Part shown: positions 11,901 to 25,137 of the stretch, piece by piece
Numbering within the stretch: the stretch's first letter is position 1
How the letters are laid out: each line of letters opens with the position of its first letter
From: Heptranchias perlo
Taxonomy: Eukaryota
DNA: 64,000 bases
NCBI RefSeq assembly: GCF_035084215.1
Contig: NW_027139729.1
Coordinates: 2,790,001 to 2,854,000, forward strand
Direction: 5' to 3'
Program-made: the position numbers and the translations under genes
Notes under the pieces: generated by a model
Databases searched by the model: none
What the model saw: only the letters and a program-made list of their open reading frames with translations
What the model was told of the DNA's origin: nothing

Positions 11901-14900
11901 TGCGAGGGGATGTGTGGGGAGATAGAATCGGGTCTGGGACTGCAATGGAAGGAGGCGGGTTGACTTGTTATCGAAGGGACTGTATTTAGGCAGGAATATT
12001 ACTGACTGTTAATTGTAACGGGGTTTATTTAAAAGCTCCAGGCTTCTGGGAATCCGTGAATATGAAGACCGAGTCTGTAAGGGTTTGTGCGGAGCGCTGT
12101 GTTTTGGTTCTATTGTCGAGAAACGGTTTGAAATTGGCGGTTGGAGAAAGCTGGAGGTGGTATTTTCATTCTCACAGTCGTTACCAGGGCGATATGAGAG
12201 AGTAAACCAACTCAATATCAGAGTCACATTGAACATATCCATCTATATTCATTATACCAGACATCCGTGGAACTAAATTGCTACCGGGTTTGGATGTTCC
12301 AGTTTTATTTTTAATCGTCTGTAATGTAATAAGGAAAACACTTCACTAAACAAGCCCACGGGAGGGCTGTTTTGGGAAATAGAAAAGCAATGATCGATAC
12401 AGTAGCTCTTCTGAGGTTTGGGTTGAGGCACTTTGTTGTTACATTTTGCTGCGCCTGAATTTTGGGTGCTTGATGCTGACACCGAGTGCCTGAAGTGGGA
12501 CACGGTCCCTTCCCAGTAATAGAGATCCTGACCATGATGGGAGCAATCGTTCCAACTAAACACAAATGATTTACGCTGTTGTTCTGGGTAAATGGTCCAT
12601 TCTCACCCCTTCATCCTGTGATCACCGTCTAATAGTCAAAGGCTGCCATGTTAGATCATTGCAATGTTCCAAACCCCATCTTATTTCAGGTTCTACAAAA
12701 CTCTGTGTTGTTGCTTCAATTGTGGGAACCAACTCATTCCCACCCAGCCTCTGTATCCGCTCTCAGTCTCTCAACTCTTCCGGGTTTGTCCTTCTGTGAG
12801 TTGGAGCAAGTGATTCAGTTGCCGTTCCTTACAGCTCTCATGTCTCAAAGTAGCACTTCTTCGAAAATGGATACAACCGGCTTTTTACTGCTGTTTGGTG
12901 AGTCGTGAAACAATTTTATACCAATTCCCGGTCTGAGTGGGCAACTGTAAGCGGGAGAGTGCGACTGAACCCGGCGGTGTCCGAACTCCGGTATCTCAGT
13001 GGATGAAAGCAACTCATAATTTGGTGTGGAGCCTTCGACATTGGAAAGCATTCAGAGCGGTTGCTTGCTTGTGCTGAATTCTCTGCGGGTAACGGTGAGG
13101 GGAGTGTAACGGTGAGGAGACAATCTCTCTTCATATCGGTATTAAAGTATCTCGGATCTAGTTTTTCTTTGACAATTGAATCTATGAGAATCTGTCTGTT
13201 AAAACCTACAGCTTTGACCAACTGTTGGTCACCTGACCTAATATCTCCTTTAGCGGCTCGGTGTCACATTTTGTTTGATAACGCTCCCGTGAGGCGCCTT
13301 GAGACGGGCTGAAAAGGGGAGATATTGGTCTCCCGATTGCCCAGTTACTGTCTGCAGTGTAGGAGTAAGATGTCTATAAAAGGAAAATTCAACAATCAAC
13401 ATCCGCTGAGTTTGCTGATCTCGATCAAGGGGCGGGGGGAGGGGCGGGGTGGGGCGATAGCGGCGCTCCTATTGGGCTCAGTGCCCCAAAACCATTGAAT
13501 GTAATGTCGGCCAAGTGTCGCCTTATTGCATCATATTGCATCTCGGACGAGCCCTCTATTTTTGGCGGGGCAGTGGGACTAACTGGATTGTTCATGCATA
13601 GAGCCAGCACGGACTTGATGGGCCGAATGACCTCCTGCCGTGCTGTAACCTTCTATGATTCTGTGATTCTATGATGCGATGTGGTCCAGGCTTGGAAGTG
13701 ATCATGCGCGTCAGGTGGGTGCAGTTATCCAGGGGTCACCACGGCTGACCTCAGGTCAATCAACCCCCTGCACTCAGACATGAGCAGATAATGCGGTGGG
13801 GTATTGGAGGGCGGCCCTGAGCAACTCCCTTCGTGAATACACGTCTTTGGGGGAGACAGAGAGAAAAAAGGGGAGAAGAAACATTTTAACACATTCAGTG
13901 GATAAACTCGTAAATATATTTTTAGCTGCTCAGTTGGTGCTGAGACATTGTTCGCTCTGTCAGAGGTTAAGTTCCTCTTTCTTTGAACTAACCCACCGCT
14001 GAGTTGAAATCGCTTTCTTCCGCCAGGAAGCCAACTGCTCTTACTGTTCTCTTCAGTACTGGTCATTTTCAGTTTGCTTGATTATTTTTCATTCTCTATT
14101 CCATCTTGCATCTCGATTTTAGGGGTTTTGTGGTATTTATGTGCGTGTGAACTGTCTGTACGAATAAATGTTTCTGGTGAATAACTCAGGCGGCATTCAG
14201 TTTTAGGAATTTATTTTAACTCCACTTCCTCCTTCACTGTGCTGGAATTGACCATGTCACTAAGATACAGATCTACACAATGGGTGGAGACTAAAGTTCC
14301 TCAATGAACACAGTGCTGCAGCTGCAAGTTGGGCGCAGCATTAACCCCTTATCTCCAACTTTTCATGCTGTTTTTTGTAATTAGACCCAAGGACACCTAT
14401 TGATAATTACCATAGTTTAATGGAATTAGTTCCAAATTTACACCTCTCGATAGACCTTATTCAGTTATGGTGGTGAAATGGAGAACAAGGGGGCACAATC
14501 TAATATATCCACTTATTGCTAGCTTAGGAGATATTAGGTGTAATATTAAACATCTCTATCAATTTCAAGTGAATTCAATTCAATTTTATTAATAAATGAA
14601 TGCCTGATAATCAGTGTGCCACTGCACCACTATTAGGGGTGGTTTTCAAAGAATTAATTAATTATTTGGTTAAAAGCCTATCAGAAAAATTGCCACAATG
14701 TCTTTTCATTCAAAATATTTCAACACATCTACTGCACTGTTCTTAATGTCAGGGTTTCCCATTCTGTTTGAGTGTTGTCCCTAAATAGATCTCCTTAATT
14801 GTAGCTTCGGAGATGGTAGTTGCAATATTAAATATTTTTATTTATTTTAAGTGTCTTGAATTGTATTTTATTAATAAATGAATGCCTGAGAATATATCTG

Positions 14901-15739
14901 TTACTGCACCTCTAATAGTGGTTGCTTTCAAAGAATTAATGACTGTAACCATCACTTGGAAGAAAATCAGAAAGATTGGCACAATGAATTTTCATTCAGT
15001 GTGTTTAAACACATTCTTGTTCTGCTGACTGTCCTTACTGTCAGCGGTTAAACTTCCTCTTTGTCCGAGGTGAAGCGCTTCTGAGCTGAAACCATTGGCT
15101 TCCGTTCAAAATATTTGAGGTCACTGTTAAATTCTGCCTGCAATATTTTCAGATTCTTTACTTATTCATGTTCAATTTACTTCCTCCTTCCATACCGTTC
15201 ACCCGAATTGTGACATTTGTAACAATGAGTAAACTGTTTGTAAAAGTATCGGTTCCCAGTGAGTTCAAACACCATTCTGTTCTCATTATTTAGACTCCAC
15301 CTCCTCCTTCAGTATGCTGCAATTGACCACATCACTGAGATATAGATCTGCACAGTGGGTGGAGACTAATGTCCTTCAACAAACACAGTGCTACTGCTGA
15401 CCGTTGCTCAGAAAAAAATAATGAAAGGTTTTAATCGAGTAGTTGGGGAGAGACTGTTTCCAGTGGCAGGAGGGTCGGCATTTACCGTTTAATCTCCAAC
15501 TACCACCTTCAATGATTTCTGTATGTGAATCCCCAGGTCTCTCTGTTAATGCTCCCGCTGTGCAATTTGATCATTTAGGTTATATTGCCTCTTCGCACTC
15601 TTCTTTCCAAAATACATCATTTCACACTTCTCTACATTAAATGTCATCTGCCATGTGTTTCCCCATTTCACGAATCGACCAATGTCCTCCTGAGCTCTGC
15701 CAATATCCTTCTCACTGTTTACTAAAATTTCAAGTTGAC

Positions 15740-16285
15740 AAGAATCATAGAATCATAGAATCTTACAACGTGGAAGGAGGCCTTTCGGCCCGTCGAGTCT
15801 ATGCTGGCTCCTTGAACGAGCTATCCAAATTAGTAACACACCCCAATTTTTTTTTCTCCATAACCCTGCAAATTAGTCCCCTTCAAGTACATGTCCAATT
15901 GCCCTTTGAAAGTTCCGATGGAATCTGCTTCCATCACCCTTTCAGGTAGTGTGTTCCAGATCTTCGCAAACCTCATATGTAAACATTTCTCCTCATTTCC
16001 CTCTAGTTCTTTTGCCAACTATTTGAAATCTGACCTCTGGTTACAGACCACTTGCCAGCGGAAACAATTTCACTCTACTTGCTCTATCAAAGCCCCTCAT
16101 TATTTTGAATAGCTCTATTCGGTCTGCCTTTACACTTCCCTGCCAGTAGGAACAGTTTCTCCCAACATACTCGATCAAAACCCTTCATAATTTTGAACAC
16201 CCCTATTAAATCTCCACTTAACCTTCTCTGCTGTAAGGAGAACAATCCCAGTTTCTCTAGTCTCTCCACACAACTGAAGTCACTA
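15740..16285 (-). mobile_element. CR1 LINE 3' fragments
   Basis: (TTCTATGA)n tail in reverse at ~15742-15762; ERLEKLGLFSLQQRRLSGDL. Confidence 0.85.
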
Positions 16286-16289
16286 AGAT

Positions 16290-16520
16290 TAAGACCATCC
16301 ATTCAGGTGCCTCTGCAAAATCCCACAATTCCCAATATCACCAAGCCCAACCTCTCCTCAGGCTCTCCCGTCATCCAGCCCTGATCCTGAGCCTTTTTCT
16401 AGTTTCCCTCCGATCTCCACGCATGTACTTTCCGAGCTGAGCTTGTCCATTAGACCCACCTCCTGCTCCCTTGACCTTATTCGGAATAAACAGCTGACTA
16501 CACAACTTCCATTCCGGGCC
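16290..16520 (+). mobile_element. L2 LINE ORF2 fragment
   Basis: Translates as FSSFPPISTHVLSELSLSIRPTSCSLDLIRNKQLTTQLP, resembling the L2 pre-RT region. Confidence 0.55.
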
Positions 16521-16939
16521 CCAAACCAGCTGAAATTGTGAATGGTCAGTTTCCTCAGGTACTGTCCTCCTCTTGCAAAACTGCCGTGAGACTGTTTGTT
16601 TCCTCTGCTTTCTCCCATTCTGATTGAATACTGTACCTAAATACATCTCCTTATTTATAGCTTAGGAGATGTTAGTTGCAATATTAAATATTTCTATGTA
16701 TTTTCAGTGACTTGAATTGAATTTTATTCATAAATCAATGCCCAAGAATAAGTCTGTTACTACCCCTGTAATATTGGTGGTTTTCAAACAATTAAATAAT
16801 TATTTGAAATTAACTTTCGGTTGAAAGCATATCAGAAAGATTGACACAGTGAATTTACGTTTAATATGTTTCACCACAGTTTTCCGTTTGATGTATTTGC
16901 TCTCACTGCTAACTTCAGTCTGATGTTACAGAGGATTAT

Positions 16940-17720
16940 TTCGAATTTACAGCATGGAAACAGTCCATTCGGCGTAACTGGTCTGTGCCGGTGTTTATGC
17001 TCCACGCGAGTCTCGCCCCATCCTACATCAGCTAACCCGATCAGCATTTCCTTCTACACCTTTATCTCTCATGTACCTATCGAGCCTCCCCTTAAAGGCA
17101 TCTATACTATTTGCCCCAACTACTCCATGTGATAGCAAGTCTCACATTCTCACCACTCTCTGGGTAAAGAAGTTTCTCCTGAATTCCCTATTTGATTTAT
17201 TGTGACCATTCTATAGTTCGGGCTCCTGGATTTGGACTGTCTCACAAGTGGAAATGTGTTCTCTACTATGACCCTATCGAACCACTTTATAATGTTTAAA
17301 ACCTCTATCATCTCACCCCTCAGCCTTCTCTTTCCTCGAGAAAAGATCCCCAGCATGTTCAATCTTTCCTGATGGGCGTAACCACTCAGTTCTGGTTTCA
17401 TTCTTGTGAATCTTTTTTGCACCTTCTACACTGCCTCTGCATCCTTTTTTTAATATGGCGACCAGAAGTGTGCACAGTATTCTAAGTGTGGTCTAACCAA
17501 GGTTCTATATAAGTTTAACATAACTCATCTGCTATTCAATTCTATTGCTCTAGAATTGAACCCCAGTGCTTTGTTTGCAATTTATGGCCTTGTTAACTTT
17601 ATTTGCTGCTGTTAATGATTTGTGAATCTGGACCCCTACATTGCTTCGCTCCTGTGTCCAATTTAGACTCTAATTTTCCAGGGAGTACGTGGCCTTCTTA
17701 TTCCTTCCACCAAAATGTAC
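16940..17720 (-). mobile_element. Decayed CR1 LINE 3' part
   Basis: QKRFTRMKPELSGYAHQERLNMLGIFS...RRLRGEMIEV. Confidence 0.85.
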
Positions 17721-18339
17721 CACATAATATTTTCAAATTCTTTACTTATTTATCTTGGATTTTTAGTCCGCCCTCCAAAGCGATGACACTCATATTATGA
17801 TGTTCGTGACAGTGAGTAAAGTGTCTCTCAAAGTACCGGTTTCCAGTGGATTCTAACACCATTCGGTTCTCATTATTTAGACTCCACTTCCTCTTTCAGT
17901 ATGCTAGAGCTGACCATATCACTGAGATATAGATCTGTACAGTGGGTGGAGACTAATGTCCTTCAATAAACTCAGTGCTGCAGTTGCCCGTTGGGATCAG
18001 CATGAAGCTATTAATCCCCAATGTTTCCATATCAATTCCCACCGTTAATGCATCCATCCATCCATCCCATAATAGAGCTCCGACACTTCTAATGCAATTC
18101 TGTTTCATGGTGTGGAGATGTGGGAATCTGTAAAAATGCACAGTGTTTGGACACACACCCAACCCAGCTGCTTTCCTTTATCTTTCAGTGACGGTTTCAC
18201 TCTGTCCCAAACCGGGGCTTTTGTGCATTTTGAAGAACTTTACACGCTGTTTTGTGTCAATAGGCTCAAGGCCACCTTTTGAAAGTGACCATGGATTATT
18301 GGAATTATTTGCAAACGGACATCTTGATAGGCCTCACTG

Positions 18340-19010
18340 TGTACACAAATTCTCCTCATCTCGCCTCTGGTTCTTTTGCCAATAATTTTCAATCTGACCC
18401 ACTGGCCACCGACTCTTCTGCCAGTGGAAACATGTTCTCCTTATTTACTCTATCAAAACCCTTCATGATTTTGAACACCTCTATTAAATGGCCCTTCAAC
18501 ATTCTCTGCTCGAAGGAGAACAATTCCAGAGTCTCTAGTCTCTCCAATTAATTGACGTTCCCTATCCTTGATATCATTCCAATAAATTTCCTCTGTACCT
18601 TCTGTAAGGTCTTGACATCCTTCCTAAAATGTGGTGCCCAGAATTGAACGCAGCACGTCAGCTGCGGTCAAAACAATGATTTATAAAGGTTTAGCATAAC
18701 CTCTTTGCTTCTTTTCCCTATACCTCTATTTTTAAAGCCAATGATCCTATAAGTTTTATTTAACAGATTTATTGACTTGTACTGCCACCTTTCATGATTT
18801 GTGCACATACACCCCGAGGTCTGCCTGTTCCTGCAACACCTTTAAAATTGCACTATTTAGTTTATATTGCCTCGCCTCATTCTTCCTCCCAAAATGCATC
18901 TCTTCACACATCTCTGTATTAAATATCATCTGCCATGTGTCTGCCCATTTTATTACCAGTCTGTCTGAAGTCTGCTACTATCCTCCTCACTGCTAACTAC
19001 AATTTCAAGT
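18340..19010 (-). mobile_element. Decayed CR1 LINE fragment
   Basis: Antisense CR1 ORF2 sequence similar to the other copies in the window. Confidence 0.75.
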
Positions 19011-19177
19011 TGACTACATTTTCAACCGAGCTACAAGGTGACGACTTTTTAAATAAATATTTTTAAATATTATCCTCCCCTTCTTTGAAGCACGTCTCTG
19101 TTATTGCCACTAGATCATAGTCCCATGTGGCGACTTGAGCCTGCAGATCACCTACTTTATTTACAACGCTACGTGTC

Positions 19178-21329
19178 TTTTTTTTATTCGTTCATGGGAT
19201 GTGGGCATCGCTGGCGAGGCCGGCATTTATTGCCCATCCCTAATTGCCCTTGAGAAGGTGGTGGTGAACCGCCGCCTTGAAACGCTGCAGTCCGTGGGGT
19301 GAAGGTTCACCCACAATGCTGTTAGGAAGGGAGTTCCAGGATTTCGACCCAGCGACGATGAAGGAACGGTGATATATTTCCAAGTCGGGATAGTGTGTGA
19401 CTTGGAGGGGAACGTGCAGGTGCTGTTGTTCCTATGTACCTGCTGCTCTTGTCCTTCTAGGTGGTAGAGGTCGCGGGTTTGGGAGGTGCTGTCGAAGAAG
19501 CCTTGGCGAGTTGCTGCAGTGCATCCTGTGGACTGTACACACTGCAGCCACGGTGCGCCGGTGGTGAAGGGAGTGAATGTTTAGGGTGGTGGATGGGGTG
19601 CCAATCAAGCGGGCTGCTTTGTCCTGGGTCGTGACGAGCTTCTTGAGTGTTGTTGGAGCTGCACTCATCCAGGCAAGTGGAGAGTATTCCATCACACTCC
19701 TGACTTGTGCCTTGTAGATGGTGGAAAGGCTTTGGGGAGTCAGGAGGTGGGTCACCCGCTACAGAATACCCAGCCTCTGACCTGCTTTTGTCGCCACAGT
19801 ATTTATGTGGCTGGTCCATTTAAGTTTCTGGTCAATGGTGACCCCCAGGATGTTGATGGTGGGGGATTTGGCGATTGCAATGCCGTTGAATGTCAAGGGG
19901 AGGTGGTTAGACTCTCTCTTGTTGGAGATGGTCATTGCCTGGCAATTGTCTGGCGCGAATTTTCCTTGCCACTTATGAGTCCAAGCCTGGATGTTGTCCA
20001 GGTCTTGCTGCATCCGGGCTCGGAATGCTTCATTATCTGAGGGGTTGCGAATGGAACTGAACACTGAGGAATCATCAGCGAACATCCCCATTTCTGACCT
20101 TATGATGGACGGAAGGTCATTGATGAAGCATCTGAAGATGCTTGGGACTAAGACACTTCCCTGATGAACTCCTGCAGCAATGCCCTGGGGCTGAGATGAT
20201 TGGCCTCCAACAACCACCACCATCTTCCTTTGTGCTCGGTATGACTCCAGCCACTTGAGAGTTTTCCCCCTGATTCCCATTCACTTCTATATACTAGGGC
20301 TCCTTGGTGCCAAACTCGGTCAAATGCTGCCTTGATGTCAAGGGCAGTCACTCTCACCTCACCTCAGGAATTCAGCTCTTTTGTCCATATTTGGACCAAG
20401 GCTGTAATGAGGTCTGGAGTCGAGTGGTCCTGGCGGAACCCAAACTGAGCATCGGTGAGCAGGTTATTGGTGAGTAAGTGCCGTTTGATAGCACTGTCGA
20501 TGACACCTTCCATCACTTTGCTGATGATTGAGAGCAGACTGATAGGGCGGTAATTGACCGGATTGGATTTGTCTTGCTTTTTGTGGAAAGGACATACCTG
20601 GGCAATTTTCCACATTGTGGGGTTGATGCCAGTGTTGCAGCTGCACTGGAACAGCTTGGCTAGAGGCGCAGCTAGTTCTGCAACACAAGTCTTCAGCACG
20701 ACAGTTGGGATGATGTCGGGGCCCATAGCCTTTGCTGTATCCAGTGCACTCAGCCGTTTCTTGATATCACGTGGAGTGAATCGAATTGGCTGAAGACTGG
20801 CTTCTGTGATGGTGGAGATATCAGGAGGAGGCAGAGATGGATCATCTACTCGGCACTTCTGGCTGAAGATGGTTGCAAACGCTTCAGCCTTGTCTTTTGC
20901 ACTCATGTGCTGGACTCAACCATCATTGAGGATGGGGATGTTCACAGAGCCTCCTCCTCCCGTTAGTTGTTTAATTGTCCACCACCATTCACGACTGGAT
21001 GTGGCAGGACTGCAGAGCTTTGATCTGAGCCGTTGGTTGTGAACTCGCTTAGCTCTGTCTGTAGCATGTTGCTTCCGCTGTTTAGCATGCATGTAGTCCT
21101 GAGTTGTAGCTTCACCAGGTTGGCACCTCATTTTTAGGTACGCCTGGTGCTGCCCCTGGCATGCTCTTCTACACCCTTCATTGAACTAGGATTGATCCCC
21201 TGGCTTGTTGGTAATGGTAGAGTGAGGAATATGCTGGGCCATGAGGTTACAGATTGTGCTGAAATACAATTCTGCTGCTGCCACTGGCTCATATTGCCTC
21301 ACGGATGCCCAGTTTTGAGCTGCTAGATC
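19178..21329 (-). mobile_element. Non-LTR retrotransposon of the CR1/L2 group (family B), RT region and 3' end, frameshifted
   Basis: RT motifs NYRPISLLS, DIKAAFDRVWH, GVHQGSVL, FADD; A-rich 3' end at ~19178. Confidence 0.92.
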
Positions 21330-22555
21330 AAGAAGATAGATGAGGGCTGTGCAGTAGACGTGGTCTACATGGACTTTAGCAAAGCCTTTGACACGGTACC
21401 GCATAGTCGGTTGTTAGATAAGGTTAGACCTCACGGGATCCAAGGTGAGGTAGCCAATTGGATACAAATTGGATTGACGGCAGAAGACAGAGGGTGGTTG
21501 TAGAGGGTTGTTATTCAAACTGGAGGCCTGTGACCAGCGGTGTGCCTCAGGGATCGGTGCTGGGTCCGCTGTTATTTGTTATTTATATTAATGATTTGGA
21601 TGAGAATTTAGGAGGCATGGTTAGTAAGTTTGCAGATGACACCAAGATTGGTTGCATTGTGGACAGTGAAGAAGGTTATCTAGGATTGCAACGGGATCTT
21701 GATAAATTGGGCCAGTGGGCCGATGAATGGCAGATGGAGTTAAATTTAGATAAATGTGAGGTGATGCATTTTGGTAGATCGAATCGGGCCAGGACCTACT
21801 CCGTTAATGGTAGGGCGTTGGGGAGAGTTAAAGAACAAAGAGATCTAGGAGTACATGTTCATAGCTCCTTGAAAGTGGAGTCACAGGTGGATAGGGTGGT
21901 GAAGAAGGCATTCAGCATGCTTGGTTTCATTGGTCAGAACTTTGAATACAGGAGTTGGGATGTCTTGTTGAAGTTGTACAAGACATTAGTTAGGCCACAC
22001 TTGGAATACTGTGTACAGTTCTGGTCACCCTATTATAGAAAGGATATTGTTAAACTAGAAAGAGTGCAGAAAAGATTTACTCGGATGCTACCGGGACTTG
22101 ATGGTTTGACTTATAGGGAGAGGTTGGATAGACGGAGACTTTTTTCCCTGGAGAGTAGGAGGTTTAGGGGTGATCTTATAGAAGTCTATAAAATAATGAG
22201 GGGCATAGATAAGGTCGATAGTCAAAATCTTTTCCCAAAGGTAGGGGAGTCTATAACGAGGGGGCATAGATTTAAGGTGAGAGGGGAGAGATACAAAAGT
22301 GTCCAGAGGGGCAATTTTTTTCACTCAAAGGGTGGTGAGTGTCTGGAACGAGCTGCCAGAGGCAGTAGTAGAGGCGGGTACAATTTTGTCTTTTAAAAAG
22401 CATTTCGACAGTTGCATGAGTAAGATGGGTATAGAGGGATATGGGCCAAGTGCAGGCAATTGGAACTAGCTTAGTGGTATACTGGGCGACATGGACATGT
22501 TGGGCCGAAGGGGCTGTTTCCATGTTGTAAACTTCTATGATTCTATGATTCTATG
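21330..22555 (+). mobile_element. 5'-truncated CR1 (shark HER1-type) LINE inserted into the family B element
   Basis: 312-aa RT ORF with GVPQGSVLGP and FADD; (TTCTATGA)n tail at 22533-22555. Confidence 0.95.
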
Positions 22556-23062
22556 TTCTGAATCTATCCCATTTAGCACGTTGGTAGTGCCACACAACAC
22601 GTTGAATGGTGTCCTCAGTGCGAACACGGGACTTCATCTCCACGAGGACGATGCGGTGGTCCCTCCGACCAATACTGTAATTGACAAATGCATTTGCGAC
22701 AGGTAGATTGGTGAGGACGAGGTCAAGCAGGTTTTCCCTCGTGTTGGTTCGCTCACCACCTGCCGCAGGCCCAGTCTGCCAGCTATATCCTTCAGGACTC
22801 GGCCAGCTCGGTCAGTAGTGGCGCTACCGAGCCACTCTTGGTGATGGACATTGAATTCGCCCATCCAGAGTACATTTTGTGCCCTTGCTACCCTTAGTGC
22901 TTCCTCCAAGTGGTGCTCAACATGGAGGAGGACTGATTCATCAGCTGAGGGAGGACGGTAGGTGGTAATCAGCAGGAGGTTTCCTTGCCCATGTTTGACC
23001 TGATGCCATGAGATTTCATGGGTACCAGAATCAATGTTGAGGACTCCCAGGGCCATTTCCTG
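22556..23062 (-). mobile_element. Continuation of family B LINE (APE endonuclease region)
   Basis: YRPPS and WMGEFNVHH endonuclease motifs; same strand as 19178-21329. Confidence 0.85.
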
Positions 23063-23064
23063 CT

Positions 23065-23392
23065 TGGATTCCAGTTGAAGGAGCTGTCCACGACCGAGTG
23101 TTGCCGAATGGCACACTCCAAGGTCCAGGAGTATGATCTGAGGGACGCACTGAAGTGAGGTGCTGCCTCCGAAAAGGTTCTTTGAGGAAAGGCGACCATG
23201 TAAGGACATGTCACTTTGTATGGTACAGAATGTATTTGAACATATGTACTGTGTTTTGAATTGTAATAATGAGATCTTAGTGTGCACGACCTGTATTGTA
23301 TTGTTTTGAACGGTAATTGTGACATTTTCATTGACATGTGTGTATCATTAAATTTTATGAAATAAAGCATATTTTGAAATTTTAATAAAATT
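23065..23392 (+). mobile_element. 3' end of a Tx1/L1-like LINE
   Basis: ECCRMAHSKVQEY..RDALK-like peptide and AT-rich tail with AATAAA; related copy at 29853-30098. Confidence 0.55.
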
Positions 23393-23394
23393 TT

Positions 23395-24650
23395 GTGGCA
23401 CAAACAGACCAATCACTAAAAGTAGCGACGCAGGTTTACAAAAAGGCGAGTCAAACACTGGGGTTGAATTCTCGATGGATAGAATTGATAAACAAAGAAG
23501 TTATGTTAAACTTGTGTGGAGCCTTGGTTCGGCCACACTTGGATTATTGTGCACAGTCTGGTCTCCATATTATAGAAAGGATATACAGGGATTGGAGAGG
23601 GTGCAGAAAAGATTCACAGGGATGATACCAGAACTGAGGGGATATCCTAATCAGGAAAGGCTGAACAGGCTGGGACTCTTTTTCTTTTGAAAAGAGAAGG
23701 CTGAGGGGTGACCTGATAGAAGTCTTTAAGATAATGATAGAATTTGGTCGGGTAGATGAAGAGAAAATGCTTCCACTTGGGAGGGAGTATAAAATTAGAG
23801 TTCATAAATATAAGACTGTCACTGATAAATCCAATATGGAATTCAGGTGAAACTTCTTTACCGAATGAGTGGTAAGAATGTGAAATGCGCTACCACAAGG
23901 AGTACTTGAGGGAAATAACGTAGATGCATTTAAGGGGAAGGTAGATAAGCACAAGAGGCATAATGGAATATCGTATCCTGATAGGGTTAGATGGAGTAGG
24001 GAGGGAGGAGGCTCGTATGGAGCATACATGCTGGCATAAACAAGTTGGACCGAATGGCCTGTTTCTGTGCTGTAATTTCGAAGTAACTCGATGGAACTCA
24101 ATGTACTATTTTGGGGGTGGTGGAAGAGCAGAGGGACCTGGGGGCGCATATTCACAAATCTTTGAAGGTGGCAGGGCAAGTTGATAAGGTGGTTAAGCAA
24201 GCGGATGGGATACATGGGTTTGTAAAAGAGGGGCATTGAATACACAAATAGGGAAGTCATGTTAAACCCTTACAAAAGACTGGTTAGGCCTCAGCTGGAG
24301 TATTGTATCCAACACTGGGCACCACATTTTAAGAAGGATGTAAAGGCCTTGGAGAGGGTACAGAGGAGAGTTACCAGGGTGATACCAGGGATGAGGGACT
24401 TCAGTTATGTGGAGGGATTGGAGAAGCTGGGCTTGTTCTCCATGGAGCAGAAAAGGTTAAGGGGAGATCAAAAAGAGGTGATCAAAATAATTAGGCGTTT
24501 TTATAGAGCAAATAGGGGTAATTAAATAATTGGATTGATAACCAGAGGTCATCGGTTTACAATAATTGTCAAAACAACTCGAGCGGAAATAAGGAGAACA
24601 TTTTTCACACGGAGTGTTTTCAAGCACTGCCTGAAAGGATGGTGTCTCTT
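23395..24650 (+). mobile_element. Two decayed CR1 3' fragments
   Basis: LVRPHLDYC, LVRPQLEYCIQHWAPHFKKDVKALERVQRR. Confidence 0.88.
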
Positions 24651-25137
24651 TTAGAGGCTGTCTTCGTGTCAACATTCATATTTTCACTGGGAAACTGCAG
24701 GAACAGAGTGAAACGGGTCTGCTTGTGTCCCTGGATTCAATGTATAATGTGGAGAAATCTATAAAATTTATAATTGAATCGGTAAAAGTGAACATGGTCA
24801 ATACAATTATATGAAAACTGTAAATGCTCATTGTTGTTGGACCAGTCCTTTCTGAGCACAGCTTTTTACTTTATTCCTGAGAGAGGTCTCATTAAGACAA
24901 GGTTCTGAACTTTGAGAAGTTTGTGATATATCCACGTCATCATTTACATCGGAGTCAAAGCTGCTGATGTGGCCTGTTTGTTCAAATGACTGTAACTAAT
25001 AGCAATGATCAGGGGTATAACCGTGTCAGTGGAGATTTACCCCCTGTATAAATCAGGGATCGCTGTAATGAATCCACACAGAGTGCCTGCCGGAGCTGCG
25101 GTTTCCAGGCCAACAGAAATAATTGCTTCTCACGGAA

